IMG/VR virus record: IMGVR_UViG_3300047160_002455
Span: 13,048 to 77,047 of that record
Length of the DNA: 64,000 nt
From: a virus
Lineage: Duplodnaviria > Caudoviricetes
Strand: one strand, 5' to 3'
In this document: positions 29,195 to 38,777 of the stretch, in pieces
How positions within the stretch are numbered: the first letter of the stretch is position 1
Layout: each line of letters opens with the position of its first letter
The notes under the pieces: generated by a model
Told to the model about the DNA's origin: nothing
Databases searched by the model: none
What the model saw: the letters and a program-made list of their open reading frames with translations, nothing else
Made by a program: the position numbers and the translations under genes

Positions 29195-29513
29195 TCCGCG
29201 CTTTATCAAAAAGGCTGACGATTCGGAGAGTCAGGGCAAGTGTATGATTATCATTGCCGCTGACATGAAGGAAGCGCATGGGGTAATGCTCAAGTGTCCC
29301 AAATGTGCGAGCGAAAGGATGCACAAGGACATCCACCGTATCATCATCTGGTTTGAGGGTACGGTTCCCGACGATACCGCACCGGGACCGGGACGGTGGG
29401 CGGCAAGCGGCACCGGATTGGAGGATTTGACTTTGCATCCGAGTGTCGAATTGGGGGATTTGTGTCGCTGTAAATGCACCATCATGGCAGGTTTTGTAAC
29501 GGTAGATTTATGA
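29175..29513 (+). CDS. hypothetical protein (DUF6527-like)
   Basis: MKLSELDPRF...CPKC...W...G..L.DLTLHPSV...C. Confidence 0.6.
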   Translation: MKLSELDPRFIKKADDSESQGKCMIIIAADMKEAHGVMLKCPKCASERMHKDIHRIIIWFEGTVPDDTAPGPGRWAASGTGLEDLTLHPSVELGDLCRCKCTIMAGFVTVDL

Positions 29514-29582
29514 CTCCTCTCTGGCGCGGCAAGACGCCACCTCTTGAACGTCGCATCCCAGCCCGTACTAACGAGGTGACAG

Positions 29583-30605
29583 ATGCCCCCGCGCGAGGGA
29601 AACAAGACGCAGACGGTTCGCGATTTCATAAGGAGGTATCCGCACACACCAAGTAAAACCCTAGCACGAATGCTGGTTGCTGAGCACCCGACCCTGTGGC
29701 GGAATATCGAATCGTGTCGCTCCATGATTCGAGTCGTGCGCGGCAACTCAGGATCGGAGAAGCAGAAGGCGGGGCGGCGGGACAAAACCTTGTTCCGACC
29801 GCATGGTAAGCAGGGTGTGTTTGCCAGCTTACCGCCCTCGATTAAGTATTTGGACCCGTTCAACGCTTTTCTAGTTGACGGTCCTGGGGTGTGGTTGGTA
29901 ATCGCGGATTTGCACTGCCCGTTCCACGACGATGCCGCGCTGACTGTGGCACTGGAACATGGTAAGAATGAGGGATGCACCGGGGTCTTGATTAACGGTG
30001 ACTTGGTAGACTTCTACCAAATCTCGGACCACAAAAAAGACCCCACTCTGGTAGAGTTCAGAGAGGAGGTCGAAGCGTGCCAGCAGATGATTGTCGCGCT
30101 TCGACAGATATTTCCCAAGCAACGGATGATTTGGAAGTGGGGTAACCACGAGGACCGCTACCAGCGGTGGCTCTGGGTTAAGGCACCGGAGTTGTTGGGG
30201 ATACCGGAGTTCAGTTTCGATGCCGTCTTCCACCTGAAAGAGTTGAAGGTGGAGCAGGTCATTAACAAACAACCGATTCGGTTAGGGAAGCTATGGGTCG
30301 TACATGGTCACGAGTTCAGAAGTGGGTGGAGTGCGGACCCGGTCAATCCGGCGCGGAACCTGTTTCTGCGCTGCCACGAGAACGCGATGGAGGGGCATGT
30401 TCACCGCTCCAGCCACCACGGAGAACGGTTGCCACTGTCGAACCACATGATTTCGTGTTTCTCTACGGGCTGCCTTTGCCAGCTAGCAGCACCGTACAAT
30501 CCCTTGAACCGTTGGAATGCTGGGTTTGCCATAGTGAGGATTGAAAAAGATGGCGCGTTCACCGTCGAAAACTATCGAATCGTCAACGGCAAAGCATACA
30601 CCTGA
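29583..30605 (+). CDS. calcineurin-like metallophosphoesterase
   Basis: ADLH, NGDLVD, GNHE, HGHE, GHVH motifs. Confidence 0.85.
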   Translation: MPPREGNKTQTVRDFIRRYPHTPSKTLARMLVAEHPTLWRNIESCRSMIRVVRGNSGSEKQKAGRRDKTLFRPHGKQGVFASLPPSIKYLDPFNAFLVDGPGVWLVIADLHCPFHDDAALTVALEHGKNEGCTGVLINGDLVDFYQISDHKKDPTLVEFREEVEACQQMIVALRQIFPKQRMIWKWGNHEDRYQRWLWVKAPELLGIPEFSFDAVFHLKELKVEQVINKQPIRLGKLWVVHGHEFRSGWSADPVNPARNLFLRCHENAMEGHVHRSSHHGERLPLSNHMISCFSTGCLCQLAAPYNPLNRWNAGFAIVRIEKDGAFTVENYRIVNGKAYT

Positions 30606-30606
30606 G

Positions 30607-30789
30607 ATGGACCTGCCCGCGAGCATGTGGACCGTGGGCTGCCACAGTTGCCATCGGTTGCATGAGGAGGTGCGCGCTCTGAACAAGGAGATTGCGCGCC
30701 TCAAGGAACTGATGAAACGCGGACCGATTGCCACGGTGTTTGATGATGTAACAGGCAAAGCAACCCTGCTCTATGAGCTACCGAAGTGA
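30607..30789 (+). CDS. small hypothetical protein
   Basis: CHSC followed by a coiled coil. Confidence 0.45.
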   Translation: MDLPASMWTVGCHSCHRLHEEVRALNKEIARLKELMKRGPIATVFDDVTGKATLLYELPK

Positions 30790-31838
30790 GAACGACCGCC
30801 CAGATTATCGCTGGATTGCCTCATCCGAGGGTGAGAGATTTGCCGTCTCCCGTGTACACCCCGGTCGAAAAGGATCGACCTAACAATATCGCGCTGGCAG
30901 TCGAGAGCATGAAGCAGCACATGAGCGATGAAGGTTGGCAGATCATGGCGGGACTGGAAAGCGCGGGTTATCACCTATCCGGTTATGGTCTGGATGGGCA
31001 GGTGGACGTGGTGCAACTGATCCACAGCTACAACCCGCAGGTTGTTGTGGTTCAGGACAAGTGCGAATGGGACGTGGTGAAACCGGGTGACTTCCGTGAG
31101 CCACTGGCGCGGTTCCTGAACGTGGACAAGCTAGCGACCTGCCCCGATATATTCAAGGTGGCGGTAGCGAAAGATATTCACTACGATGTCGATTACCGCC
31201 GCGCTCACGCGGCTGAGATCGGTTGCCATGCCTGGATAATCTACTACCATCCTAAAGTGGTCATGCACCTGCTGCCGTTCATGCGTGAGCAGCATTTGAT
31301 CCGGACAACCCATAGTGTGGACCCCAAGGTAGTGCCTCAGTTCACACCCGCTAGCCAACGGCACGGCTGTCTGTTATCCGGCGCGATCTCTGGGGCTTAT
31401 CCCTTTCGCGCTGTCCTGCGCACCCATTTGGGCGACCTGCCCGATACAACCTACTTGCGGCATCCAGGTTACAACCGTAACGGCTGTTGCACGCCGAAAT
31501 ACCTGCAGGAATTAAGCAAGCACAAGGTCGCGATTTGCACGAGTTCCAAGTGGGGGCACCTATTCCGGAAGATAATCGAAGCGACCGCTTGCGGTTGTAT
31601 CGTGGTTACCGATCTGCCGGACGATGATATCGCGCCCTATATCGACGGCAACCTCGTGCGCGTCTCTCCCAACATCAAGCCCGCCGCGCTGGGAGACATG
31701 ATCCGCAAATTGTATGACGTATACGACGAACAAGTCCAGCGCGACTATGCTGCAGTTGCCTGTCTGCGCTACGATTACAAAGTTGTGGGAGCCCGCCTGG
31801 CGCAAGACATCGAAGATTTACGACGGAGGTATCAATGA
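30786..31838 (+). CDS. glycosyltransferase (GT-B, Glyco_trans_1_2-like C-terminus)
   Basis: Y.QELSKHKVAIC...RKIIEATACGCIVVTD. Confidence 0.7.
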   Translation: MRTTAQIIAGLPHPRVRDLPSPVYTPVEKDRPNNIALAVESMKQHMSDEGWQIMAGLESAGYHLSGYGLDGQVDVVQLIHSYNPQVVVVQDKCEWDVVKPGDFREPLARFLNVDKLATCPDIFKVAVAKDIHYDVDYRRAHAAEIGCHAWIIYYHPKVVMHLLPFMREQHLIRTTHSVDPKVVPQFTPASQRHGCLLSGAISGAYPFRAVLRTHLGDLPDTTYLRHPGYNRNGCCTPKYLQELSKHKVAICTSSKWGHLFRKIIEATACGCIVVTDLPDDDIAPYIDGNLVRVSPNIKPAALGDMIRKLYDVYDEQVQRDYAAVACLRYDYKVVGARLAQDIEDLRRRYQ

Positions 31839-32437
31839 TCCTCTTAACCGCAGCGATTGATAGCCGCTATCGGTTTGGGGAGTTGCTGAATCAGAAGCGA
31901 CTTCTGAGTAAAGCGGTCGAGATCGGCACCCACCGTGGTACTTTCGCGGAGAAGTTCCTGATGCAGTGGTCGGAGGGAACCTATTACGGCATCGACCCGT
32001 GGGACAACGTGCCCCCTGACTTCGTTGACCAGCTGCAGTATCTTGAGGGCGGCGGTAAGGATAGGGCGGGAGACTACACCAATGCCCGCATCGCGCTGCG
32101 CCCCTGGACTCTCCGCAGCCGCGCCGAACTAATCAAGGCAACCTCCGCCGAAGCAGTGACTAGATTCAAGGATGGTAGCCTCGACTTCGTTTACATCGAC
32201 GGTGACCATTCCTACAAGCACGTTTGCGAAGACCTCGCCCTATACTATCCGAAGTTGCACTCAGGCGGCATCATGGCGGGGCATGATTTTATGTGCCCTT
32301 GGGAAATCAAGGGCGGTTGGGCGCAGTTCATTCAACCGGCAGTATTCGAGTTCTGCAACAAACACGCTATCCAGTTTGTGCAGCTGGTGGTCGAGCGGGA
32401 CGGCAGCCCCTACTCCTTTTACTTCGAGAAACCATGA
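31835..32437 (+). CDS. class I SAM-dependent methyltransferase (Methyltransf_24-like)
   Basis: VEIGTHRG, YGIDPW, LDFVYIDGDHSY...D...Y..L..GGIMAGHD. Confidence 0.88.
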   Translation: MILLTAAIDSRYRFGELLNQKRLLSKAVEIGTHRGTFAEKFLMQWSEGTYYGIDPWDNVPPDFVDQLQYLEGGGKDRAGDYTNARIALRPWTLRSRAELIKATSAEAVTRFKDGSLDFVYIDGDHSYKHVCEDLALYYPKLHSGGIMAGHDFMCPWEIKGGWAQFIQPAVFEFCNKHAIQFVQLVVERDGSPYSFYFEKP

Positions 32438-33369
32438 ACAAGCAAGAAGCGCTAGCGAAGATGATTGCGCCGGGCACGCGCAGACCTGGGAAATATCTTG
32501 ATGGGGTGTTGCAAATATGGATAACCAGAGCGTGTGACAAAGCATGTTACAACTGCACTCAGGGGAGCAATCTGGGCGGCAAACCCCGGATGATGTCTCT
32601 GGAGCATTTCGAGCAAGCCTGCAAATCTCTGCGCAACTATTTCGGTGTCGTGGGTGTCTTTGGGGGCAATCCCGCAATCCATCCCCAATTCCCAGAAATA
32701 TGCGAGATCATGCGCCGCCACATCCCCTGGCAACGGCGCGGGCTGTGGTGCAACAACCCGCTGGGGCACGGCAAGGTAATGCGGCAGACGTTCAATCCGC
32801 GCTTTAGCAACTTAAACGTCCACATGGATCATGCTGCCTATAACGAGTTCAAAATGGACTGGCCCGAATGTATCGTTATCGGACTGGACAGCGACAGCAG
32901 GCACTCACCGCCTTTCGTGGCAATCAAGGATGTAATCCCGGATGAAGGCAAGCGCTGGGAACTGATTAGTGGTTGCGACATCAACATCCATTGGTCCGCC
33001 CTAATCGGTGTGTTCCGTGGGCAACTCCGCGCTTGGTTCTGTGAAATAGCGGGCGCGCAGTCGATGCTCCACCAGGACGAACCCGACTACCCCGATACCG
33101 GACATCCGGTGACCGACGATTGGTGGTGCTACCCGATGTCGCACTATGAGAAGCAGGTGGAATGGCACTGTCACCGTTGCGGCATTCCCCTGAGGGGATA
33201 CGGTGAGTTAGCGATGGCAAAGGACGGCAAGGAACAAGTAAGCGCGGAACACCAAAACATCTATCGCCCCAAAAAGCGCGACCGCAAGGTCGAACTGGTT
33301 ACGACGCAAGAGCAGCTTGGCAAACCTCTGGAACTGATGGTTACCTACTTACAGAACTCCAAAAAGTAA
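32434..33369 (+). CDS. radical SAM protein
   Basis: ITRACDKACYNC (CxxxCxxC), FGGNPAIHPQF. Confidence 0.85.
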   Translation: MNKQEALAKMIAPGTRRPGKYLDGVLQIWITRACDKACYNCTQGSNLGGKPRMMSLEHFEQACKSLRNYFGVVGVFGGNPAIHPQFPEICEIMRRHIPWQRRGLWCNNPLGHGKVMRQTFNPRFSNLNVHMDHAAYNEFKMDWPECIVIGLDSDSRHSPPFVAIKDVIPDEGKRWELISGCDINIHWSALIGVFRGQLRAWFCEIAGAQSMLHQDEPDYPDTGHPVTDDWWCYPMSHYEKQVEWHCHRCGIPLRGYGELAMAKDGKEQVSAEHQNIYRPKKRDRKVELVTTQEQLGKPLELMVTYLQNSKK

Positions 33370-34295
33370 TGGACGCAATGCTCATTACGGGCGCGACCGG
33401 TTCGCTCGGCAGCGAGCTAGTTGCCCGGTACTACGACGGGTACGAAGTCTACGCGCACGGGCGCGATGCGCAGCGTCTGCTCAGGCTGCAAATGCGCTAC
33501 CCGCGTATTCACTTGGTCCTCGGTGACCTCCGCTGCCACAGTCTACAGGACGCAATCCGCGCATGTAGAATCGTGGTGCATTGCGCCGCGCAGAAATATG
33601 TCGATCTGGCCGAGCAGCATTGCCATTACACCGTCGATACCAACGTCGTGTGTACCCATGAGCTGGCCGACTTGGCCGCACGCCAGGGAGTCGACCGGTT
33701 CGTGTTCATCAGCACCGACAAGAGCAGTGCCCCAACGAGTATCTACGGTATCAGCAAATACCTAGCGGAGCGCATCGTTTTGGAATTGAGCGATATTTAC
33801 ACGCAGACTTGCTTCGTCATTTGTCGCTTCGGAAACATCTTCGGGTCCAACGGCAGCGTCATACGACTGTGGCTGGATGCGGTACGTCGAAATGGCAAGA
33901 TCAAGGTAACCGACCCCGAAATGACGCGGTTCATGTTCAGCCTGGAGGAAGCAGCGGCAACGGTGGACTTTGCCTTGAAGCGCGCCAAGACAGGAGACAT
34001 CATCATCCGCAAGATGCAGAGCGTATGCCTGCGCGACATCATCGCGCTGTTCGACGGTGACAAGGTGCAGATCGTCGGCAAACGCCCCGGTGAAAAGACG
34101 CACGAAACGCTGTATGTCAGAGGAGAAGTCAACACCGGATACGAGACTGACGAATACTACGTGCTCAACCACCGCTCCACGAATCGCTTAAATATGGAAA
34201 ACCTCGAATCCTCGCAAGTAAGCCGCGTCAGCCCGCAGCGTCTTTTCAGTTGGTTCGAGAAAGTTGTCCAACAATCCTGGGACAGACTCTTATGA
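33369..34295 (+). CDS. NDP-sugar 4,6-dehydratase/epimerase (PseB/CapD/FnlA family)
   Basis: ITGATGSLG, HCAAQKYV, ISTDKS, YGISK, RFGNIFGSNGSV, DPEMTRF, RPGEKTHE. Confidence 0.9.
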   Translation: MDAMLITGATGSLGSELVARYYDGYEVYAHGRDAQRLLRLQMRYPRIHLVLGDLRCHSLQDAIRACRIVVHCAAQKYVDLAEQHCHYTVDTNVVCTHELADLAARQGVDRFVFISTDKSSAPTSIYGISKYLAERIVLELSDIYTQTCFVICRFGNIFGSNGSVIRLWLDAVRRNGKIKVTDPEMTRFMFSLEEAAATVDFALKRAKTGDIIIRKMQSVCLRDIIALFDGDKVQIVGKRPGEKTHETLYVRGEVNTGYETDEYYVLNHRSTNRLNMENLESSQVSRVSPQRLFSWFEKVVQQSWDRLL

Positions 34296-35065
34296 TTAAC
34301 CCCCCCGGACTGCACGCGATCATGGTATCCGTGGATTTCTCGGACATCCTCGCGCTGACCCTGCCCTACAACCGGCATCATTTCGAGAAGGTGACCCTGA
34401 TTACCAGCAGCGCGGATTATAGGAGCGTGCAAGACATTGCTGATGTCTGCGATGCCAGAGTGCTAGTCACCGATCTGTTCTACGCGAACGGCGCGATGTT
34501 CAACAAGTGGGCGGCACTGGAATGGGCGCTGGACCAAATCGGCAGGGAGGGGTGGCTAGTGTTCTTGGACGCGGATATACTCTGGCCCAAAGAAGTGCCC
34601 AGTATGCGGGAATACGTCTACATCCCCGGCAATCTCTACGTGCCCCATCGGAGGATTATGCTCACCGGCTGGAATGCATCGAATGTCTATGATGAATCCG
34701 CTTGGGAGCGCAACCATGTCGATCCCGTGAATGAGCACGCGGGGTATTCGCAAATCTTCCACTGCAGCGACCCACACCTGGGGGCACCGCCCTGGCATCG
34801 GATGGACTACATCCACGCTGGGGTGGCGGACTCGATATTCCAGTTGAAGTGGAACCCGATGAATAAGAAGCGACCGCCTTTTCTAGTGTTGCACATCGGT
34901 CCAAGCGGGGTGAACTGGTGCGGGCGGGCGATGCCCTATCTGAACGGTGACCCACCCATTGAGGCGGCAGAGCGCTTAGCGAAGCTGCGGGACATGCTTT
35001 CGAGGCGGTCCAGTCTAGCGGGCAGCATTGACGAACGCTGCGCCCATGAAAGGATCAAAAAGTGA
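34292..35065 (+). CDS. glycosyltransferase-like protein (GT-A)
   Basis: FNKWAALEWAL, VFLDADIL (DxD), GYSQIFH. Confidence 0.75.
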   Translation: MINPPGLHAIMVSVDFSDILALTLPYNRHHFEKVTLITSSADYRSVQDIADVCDARVLVTDLFYANGAMFNKWAALEWALDQIGREGWLVFLDADILWPKEVPSMREYVYIPGNLYVPHRRIMLTGWNASNVYDESAWERNHVDPVNEHAGYSQIFHCSDPHLGAPPWHRMDYIHAGVADSIFQLKWNPMNKKRPPFLVLHIGPSGVNWCGRAMPYLNGDPPIEAAERLAKLRDMLSRRSSLAGSIDERCAHERIKK

Positions 35066-36054
35066 AAGTCGGCACGCTGACTTACGCGACCGATCAAGGT
35101 TTGTCGTATCTCGTGAGGGACTTCTACACGCATGGCATCGTCACCGATGTCTTGATTGTCCGGCATGGGCGGCGCGAAACCCACGAGGATTGGTACCCGC
35201 GCTCAACCGTTATCGCTTCGCTCAAGGGTCAGGTTGGAGACATGAGGGACTTCTGCACTTCGATGGATGCCATGTTATTCTTCGAGACTCCCTTCCGGTG
35301 GCGGCTGGTTGAACACTGCCGCCGCGCTGGGGTGCGCACCGTCCTAATGGTTATGCACGAATGCTCAGCTGAGAAGCTGGATGAAACCCCCGATGTGATT
35401 CTGTGCCCGTCGATGCTAGACCATCGCTGTTTTCCCAACGGTGTGTACATGCCGGTGCCAGTCGAGGTGCCGTGGCGGTTGCGGACCCATGCCAAGGTGT
35501 TTGTCCACAACGCGGGGAACGGTGGTATATTGGGGCGTAACGGCACTAGAGAACTCTACGAAGCGCTGCAATACGTCAAGAACCCGATTAAATTGATCTT
35601 CCGCGCTCAAGAACAAATCGACGGATTACCCAAGACCCCCGACTGCTGTATTGAGAACGTCCTGATTGATTACCGTTTCGGCACGCAACCTAAAGAGACG
35701 CTCTGGGATGAAGGGGACGTGTTTGTGTTTCCGGAGAAGTTCAACGGTCTGTCGCTGCCATTGCAGGAAGCCCGCGCCGCTGGAATGCTGGTCATGACAA
35801 CGAACCGATTCCCGAATAACGAATGGTTGCCGAATGATCCGCTGATTCCAATGAACGGCACTCACCGCTACCGGATTGGCACTCGCTTCCGGGAATTTGA
35901 TGTTGCCCGCGTGGACCCGAAGTCGATAGCACAGAGGATGGATGATTGGTATGGTCAGGATATCAGCGCTTATTCGGCGCAAGGTAGGGTTTGGGCGGAG
36001 ACACGCTCGTGGGAAGTGCTGAAACCGAAGTATCTGGACGTACTCTGCGCCTAG
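35062..36054 (+). CDS. glycosyltransferase family 4-like (GT-B)
   Basis: DVFVFPEKFNGLSLPLQEARAAGMLVMTT. Confidence 0.85.
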   Translation: MKVGTLTYATDQGLSYLVRDFYTHGIVTDVLIVRHGRRETHEDWYPRSTVIASLKGQVGDMRDFCTSMDAMLFFETPFRWRLVEHCRRAGVRTVLMVMHECSAEKLDETPDVILCPSMLDHRCFPNGVYMPVPVEVPWRLRTHAKVFVHNAGNGGILGRNGTRELYEALQYVKNPIKLIFRAQEQIDGLPKTPDCCIENVLIDYRFGTQPKETLWDEGDVFVFPEKFNGLSLPLQEARAAGMLVMTTNRFPNNEWLPNDPLIPMNGTHRYRIGTRFREFDVARVDPKSIAQRMDDWYGQDISAYSAQGRVWAETRSWEVLKPKYLDVLCA

Positions 36055-36683
36055 ATGCTGCCTACTACATTAACCTGGACCGGCGCACGGATCGGCAGGC
36101 GGCAATGGAGAAGCGCTTGCAGGAATGGCACACTTACAAGGGACTGCCGCCTGTAGTGCGCGTCCCCGGTGTTGACGAATCCGCGCCGCCCGGTTGGATG
36201 AGCGATGGGGCATGGGGCTGTTTCGAGTCGCACCGTCGCTTATTCGGGCAGTTGGTGGACAAGGGATACCGCAAGGGGGTTCTGGTGTTGGAGGACGATG
36301 CCGATATACCCCCAGAATTTCCGGAAAAGGTAATCCGCCTTTTGGAAAACTTCTTTAAGCACAACCACCCTTGGTCGATGATTTATCTGGGCGGCATTCC
36401 CGAAAAGCGCGGGCGCATGGGTGGCACTCTGCTTGAATGGCTACCACGGCGGCATTGGGCGCAGGACCAATGTGGAGCAGTAGGGCGGGCATTTCGCGTA
36501 TCGCGGACCCATGCCTATATTATCCGTGAACCGATCCTGACCGAACTTTGGAAGCATCTAGCAAATTGTCATAACCTAGACGTGGATACGGCAATTGCGG
36601 ACTTCACCGAGAGCAACCGCAAGTATCACGCTTACTTCGTGGACATGGTACGGCAGGACGGCAGCAAGTCGGATTTGAGGTGA
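35991..36683 (+). CDS. glycosyltransferase family 25
   Basis: YYINLDRRTDR, GCFESH, LVLEDDA, IYLGG, THAYII. Exact start uncertain. Confidence 0.85.
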   Translation: MGGDTLVGSAETEVSGRTLRLDAAYYINLDRRTDRQAAMEKRLQEWHTYKGLPPVVRVPGVDESAPPGWMSDGAWGCFESHRRLFGQLVDKGYRKGVLVLEDDADIPPEFPEKVIRLLENFFKHNHPWSMIYLGGIPEKRGRMGGTLLEWLPRRHWAQDQCGAVGRAFRVSRTHAYIIREPILTELWKHLANCHNLDVDTAIADFTESNRKYHAYFVDMVRQDGSKSDLR

Positions 36684-36686
36684 CCA

Positions 36687-37280
36687 ATGTCGCTGTTACT
36701 AGATCGCGCTTACTGCATCAACCTGGACGGGCAGCGAGACCGCTGGTGGGAAATAGAGCCGAAGCTAGAGGAGTGGAATCGGAACGAGCGGCTGCCAGAG
36801 GTGCAGCGCTTCCCCGGAGTGGACGAGGAAGCACCGCCCGACTGGGAAAGGGGTGCTGCCTTGTGGGGATGCTTCGAGGCACACCGCCGCCTGCTTGGAA
36901 GTATGCGCGGTATTACCAGAGGTGTCTTAATCCTAGAAGACGATGCTGACATCAAACCGGGTTTTGCCGGTGAGGTCGTTGACATCCTGAGGGAGTTTAA
37001 GCGCGCAAGGAGGCAGGACTGGTCGCTAATCTACCTTGGGGGCAAACCACTCAAGGTATCCCTGGAGAACGTCGGTAAGGCGCAGCGGGCATTTGGTGTG
37101 ATGCGTCGGCACGCTTACATAATTCGCGAACCGATACTGAGTGCCTTGTATGAGGATATGAGTACGGCGCGGAACATACCCGGTGACAGCCTGATGGCAA
37201 CATTCACCGAGAGCCGCGAGAACTATAAGTGCTACTATGTAGACTTGGTCAAGCAATTAGGAAATGCGAGGGACCAATGA
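36687..37280 (+). CDS. glycosyltransferase family 25 (tandem paralog)
   Basis: YCINLD, VDEEAPPDW, GCFEAH, LILEDDA, IYLGG, HAYIIREPIL shared with the upstream gene. Confidence 0.85.
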   Translation: MSLLLDRAYCINLDGQRDRWWEIEPKLEEWNRNERLPEVQRFPGVDEEAPPDWERGAALWGCFEAHRRLLGSMRGITRGVLILEDDADIKPGFAGEVVDILREFKRARRQDWSLIYLGGKPLKVSLENVGKAQRAFGVMRRHAYIIREPILSALYEDMSTARNIPGDSLMATFTESRENYKCYYVDLVKQLGNARDQ

Positions 37281-38188
37281 GAGTGCTCTACATCGCGAAG
37301 CACAGTCAGAAGAACAGCAACGATGATGAGGGAGCTATCAGCGATGGATTCATCCAGCAGACGCACCGCGTCTTTTCGATACTGGAGAAGGACGTGCGCA
37401 AGCACGCGCGCTTTATCCATGCCTGCGGCGCGGACTTCGTGCTGTTCCACAAGTGGCTGGACATTGCCTTCCTGAAAGAGATCAAAGCGAAGAAAGTTTT
37501 CTGGTTCTTCGACTTGGTGGATCAAGAGGACGTACCCGACCGTACCGCGTGGCGGAAGAATTGGATGGAACAGACGATCCCTCATGTGGACCTGGGATTT
37601 TGCACCGATGGGGATTGGGTGGCGAAGGATACCTCAGGGAAGCTAATCAAGCTGGAGCAAGGGGCGGACGGTCGAATTGCCGGACCTGGAGAGCACGAGG
37701 GTAAGACGATCCCGATTCTGTTCACTGGTACGGAAAAGAATTGCGGCACCAAGCGCGAAAGTTTCGTAGCGGAGATGAAACGCACCTACGGTGACAAATT
37801 CGTCCACATCGACAATGGTTGCTACGGCAAGGCATTGGCAAACAAAATCGCATCGGCGCAGATTGTGGTCGCGCCGGATTCTCCGCTCAGCGAAGCGTAC
37901 TGGTCGAACAGGGTTTACATGGCACTAGGATTCGGCGCGTTCATGCTTCACCCCTACTCTATGCAACTGTCCGATCACTACGAGGATGGGCGCGAGATTG
38001 TCTACTACCACAACCGCCCCCATTTGCACGAGCTAATTGCACACTACCTCGATCTACCCAAGGAACGGGAGCGCATAGCGAAAGCGGGACTGCTACGAAC
38101 GTATATTCAGCATCTGTACCTTCACCGGTGCATGACAATGACAAGGATAATCCGGCAGCGTCTTTATCCAGGCGGGCAAGCGATATGA
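37277..38188 (+). CDS. glycosyltransferase (CgeB/Glyco_trans_1_2-like)
   Basis: YWSNRVYMALGFGAFML...DGREIVYY...ERERIAKAG...HLY.HR. Confidence 0.8.
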   Translation: MRVLYIAKHSQKNSNDDEGAISDGFIQQTHRVFSILEKDVRKHARFIHACGADFVLFHKWLDIAFLKEIKAKKVFWFFDLVDQEDVPDRTAWRKNWMEQTIPHVDLGFCTDGDWVAKDTSGKLIKLEQGADGRIAGPGEHEGKTIPILFTGTEKNCGTKRESFVAEMKRTYGDKFVHIDNGCYGKALANKIASAQIVVAPDSPLSEAYWSNRVYMALGFGAFMLHPYSMQLSDHYEDGREIVYYHNRPHLHELIAHYLDLPKERERIAKAGLLRTYIQHLYLHRCMTMTRIIRQRLYPGGQAI

Positions 38189-38676
38189 ACGAACCGAACA
38201 CTTATACCCGACCATGTAGCCCCGAAGCGATTGGGGTTGAACGTATCTACTCCAACTACGACGCGACGATGGAGCAAGTCCTACTCGCTATCGTGGTCCA
38301 TGCGTGGCACCGTGGACCGGGCACTACGTTCTTCACTGATCCGGAGGAGCAGCTGCAGCTGGGGCAGATCAACCGCCGCACCGGCGCGGGCATCGACGCC
38401 CATTTCCACTGCGCTAAAGAGCGCAAGGTGACACACACTCAGGAGGTGCTGTTTGTCCGCAGTGGGCAGGTCAAGGTAAATTTCTACGACTACGAAGCGC
38501 GCTTCATTGCCAGTCGAGTGCTGGGCGCGGGGGACGTGGTTATGCTCTTAGCGGGCGGTCACGGTTTCCATGCCCTCGATGAACTGGACATGATTGAGGT
38601 GAAACAAGGTCCATACCTCGCAGATCAAGACAAGGTCTATCTCAACGTCAAGCATGGTTGTACTGCAGGGGGCTAG
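38185..38676 (+). CDS. cupin-fold sugar-nucleotide modifying protein
   Basis: HF...TQEVLFVRSG...GDVVML.AGGHGF...MIEVKQGPY. Confidence 0.75.
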   Translation: MNEPNTYTRPCSPEAIGVERIYSNYDATMEQVLLAIVVHAWHRGPGTTFFTDPEEQLQLGQINRRTGAGIDAHFHCAKERKVTHTQEVLFVRSGQVKVNFYDYEARFIASRVLGAGDVVMLLAGGHGFHALDELDMIEVKQGPYLADQDKVYLNVKHGCTAGG

Positions 38677-38678
38677 AC

Positions 38679-38777
38679 ATGACTTTGTTTTTGCTAATCG
38701 CGCTTGCTACGATTATGCTGGCTGCCTTGGTCCTAGTAATCGTGCTTGCTCTGTTTGGCAACGAACGGGACGATTAA
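38679..38777 (+). CDS. 32-aa membrane microprotein
   Basis: MTLFLLIALATIMLAALVLVIVLALFGNERDD. Exactly fills the gap between two genes. Confidence 0.55.
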   Translation: MTLFLLIALATIMLAALVLVIVLALFGNERDD

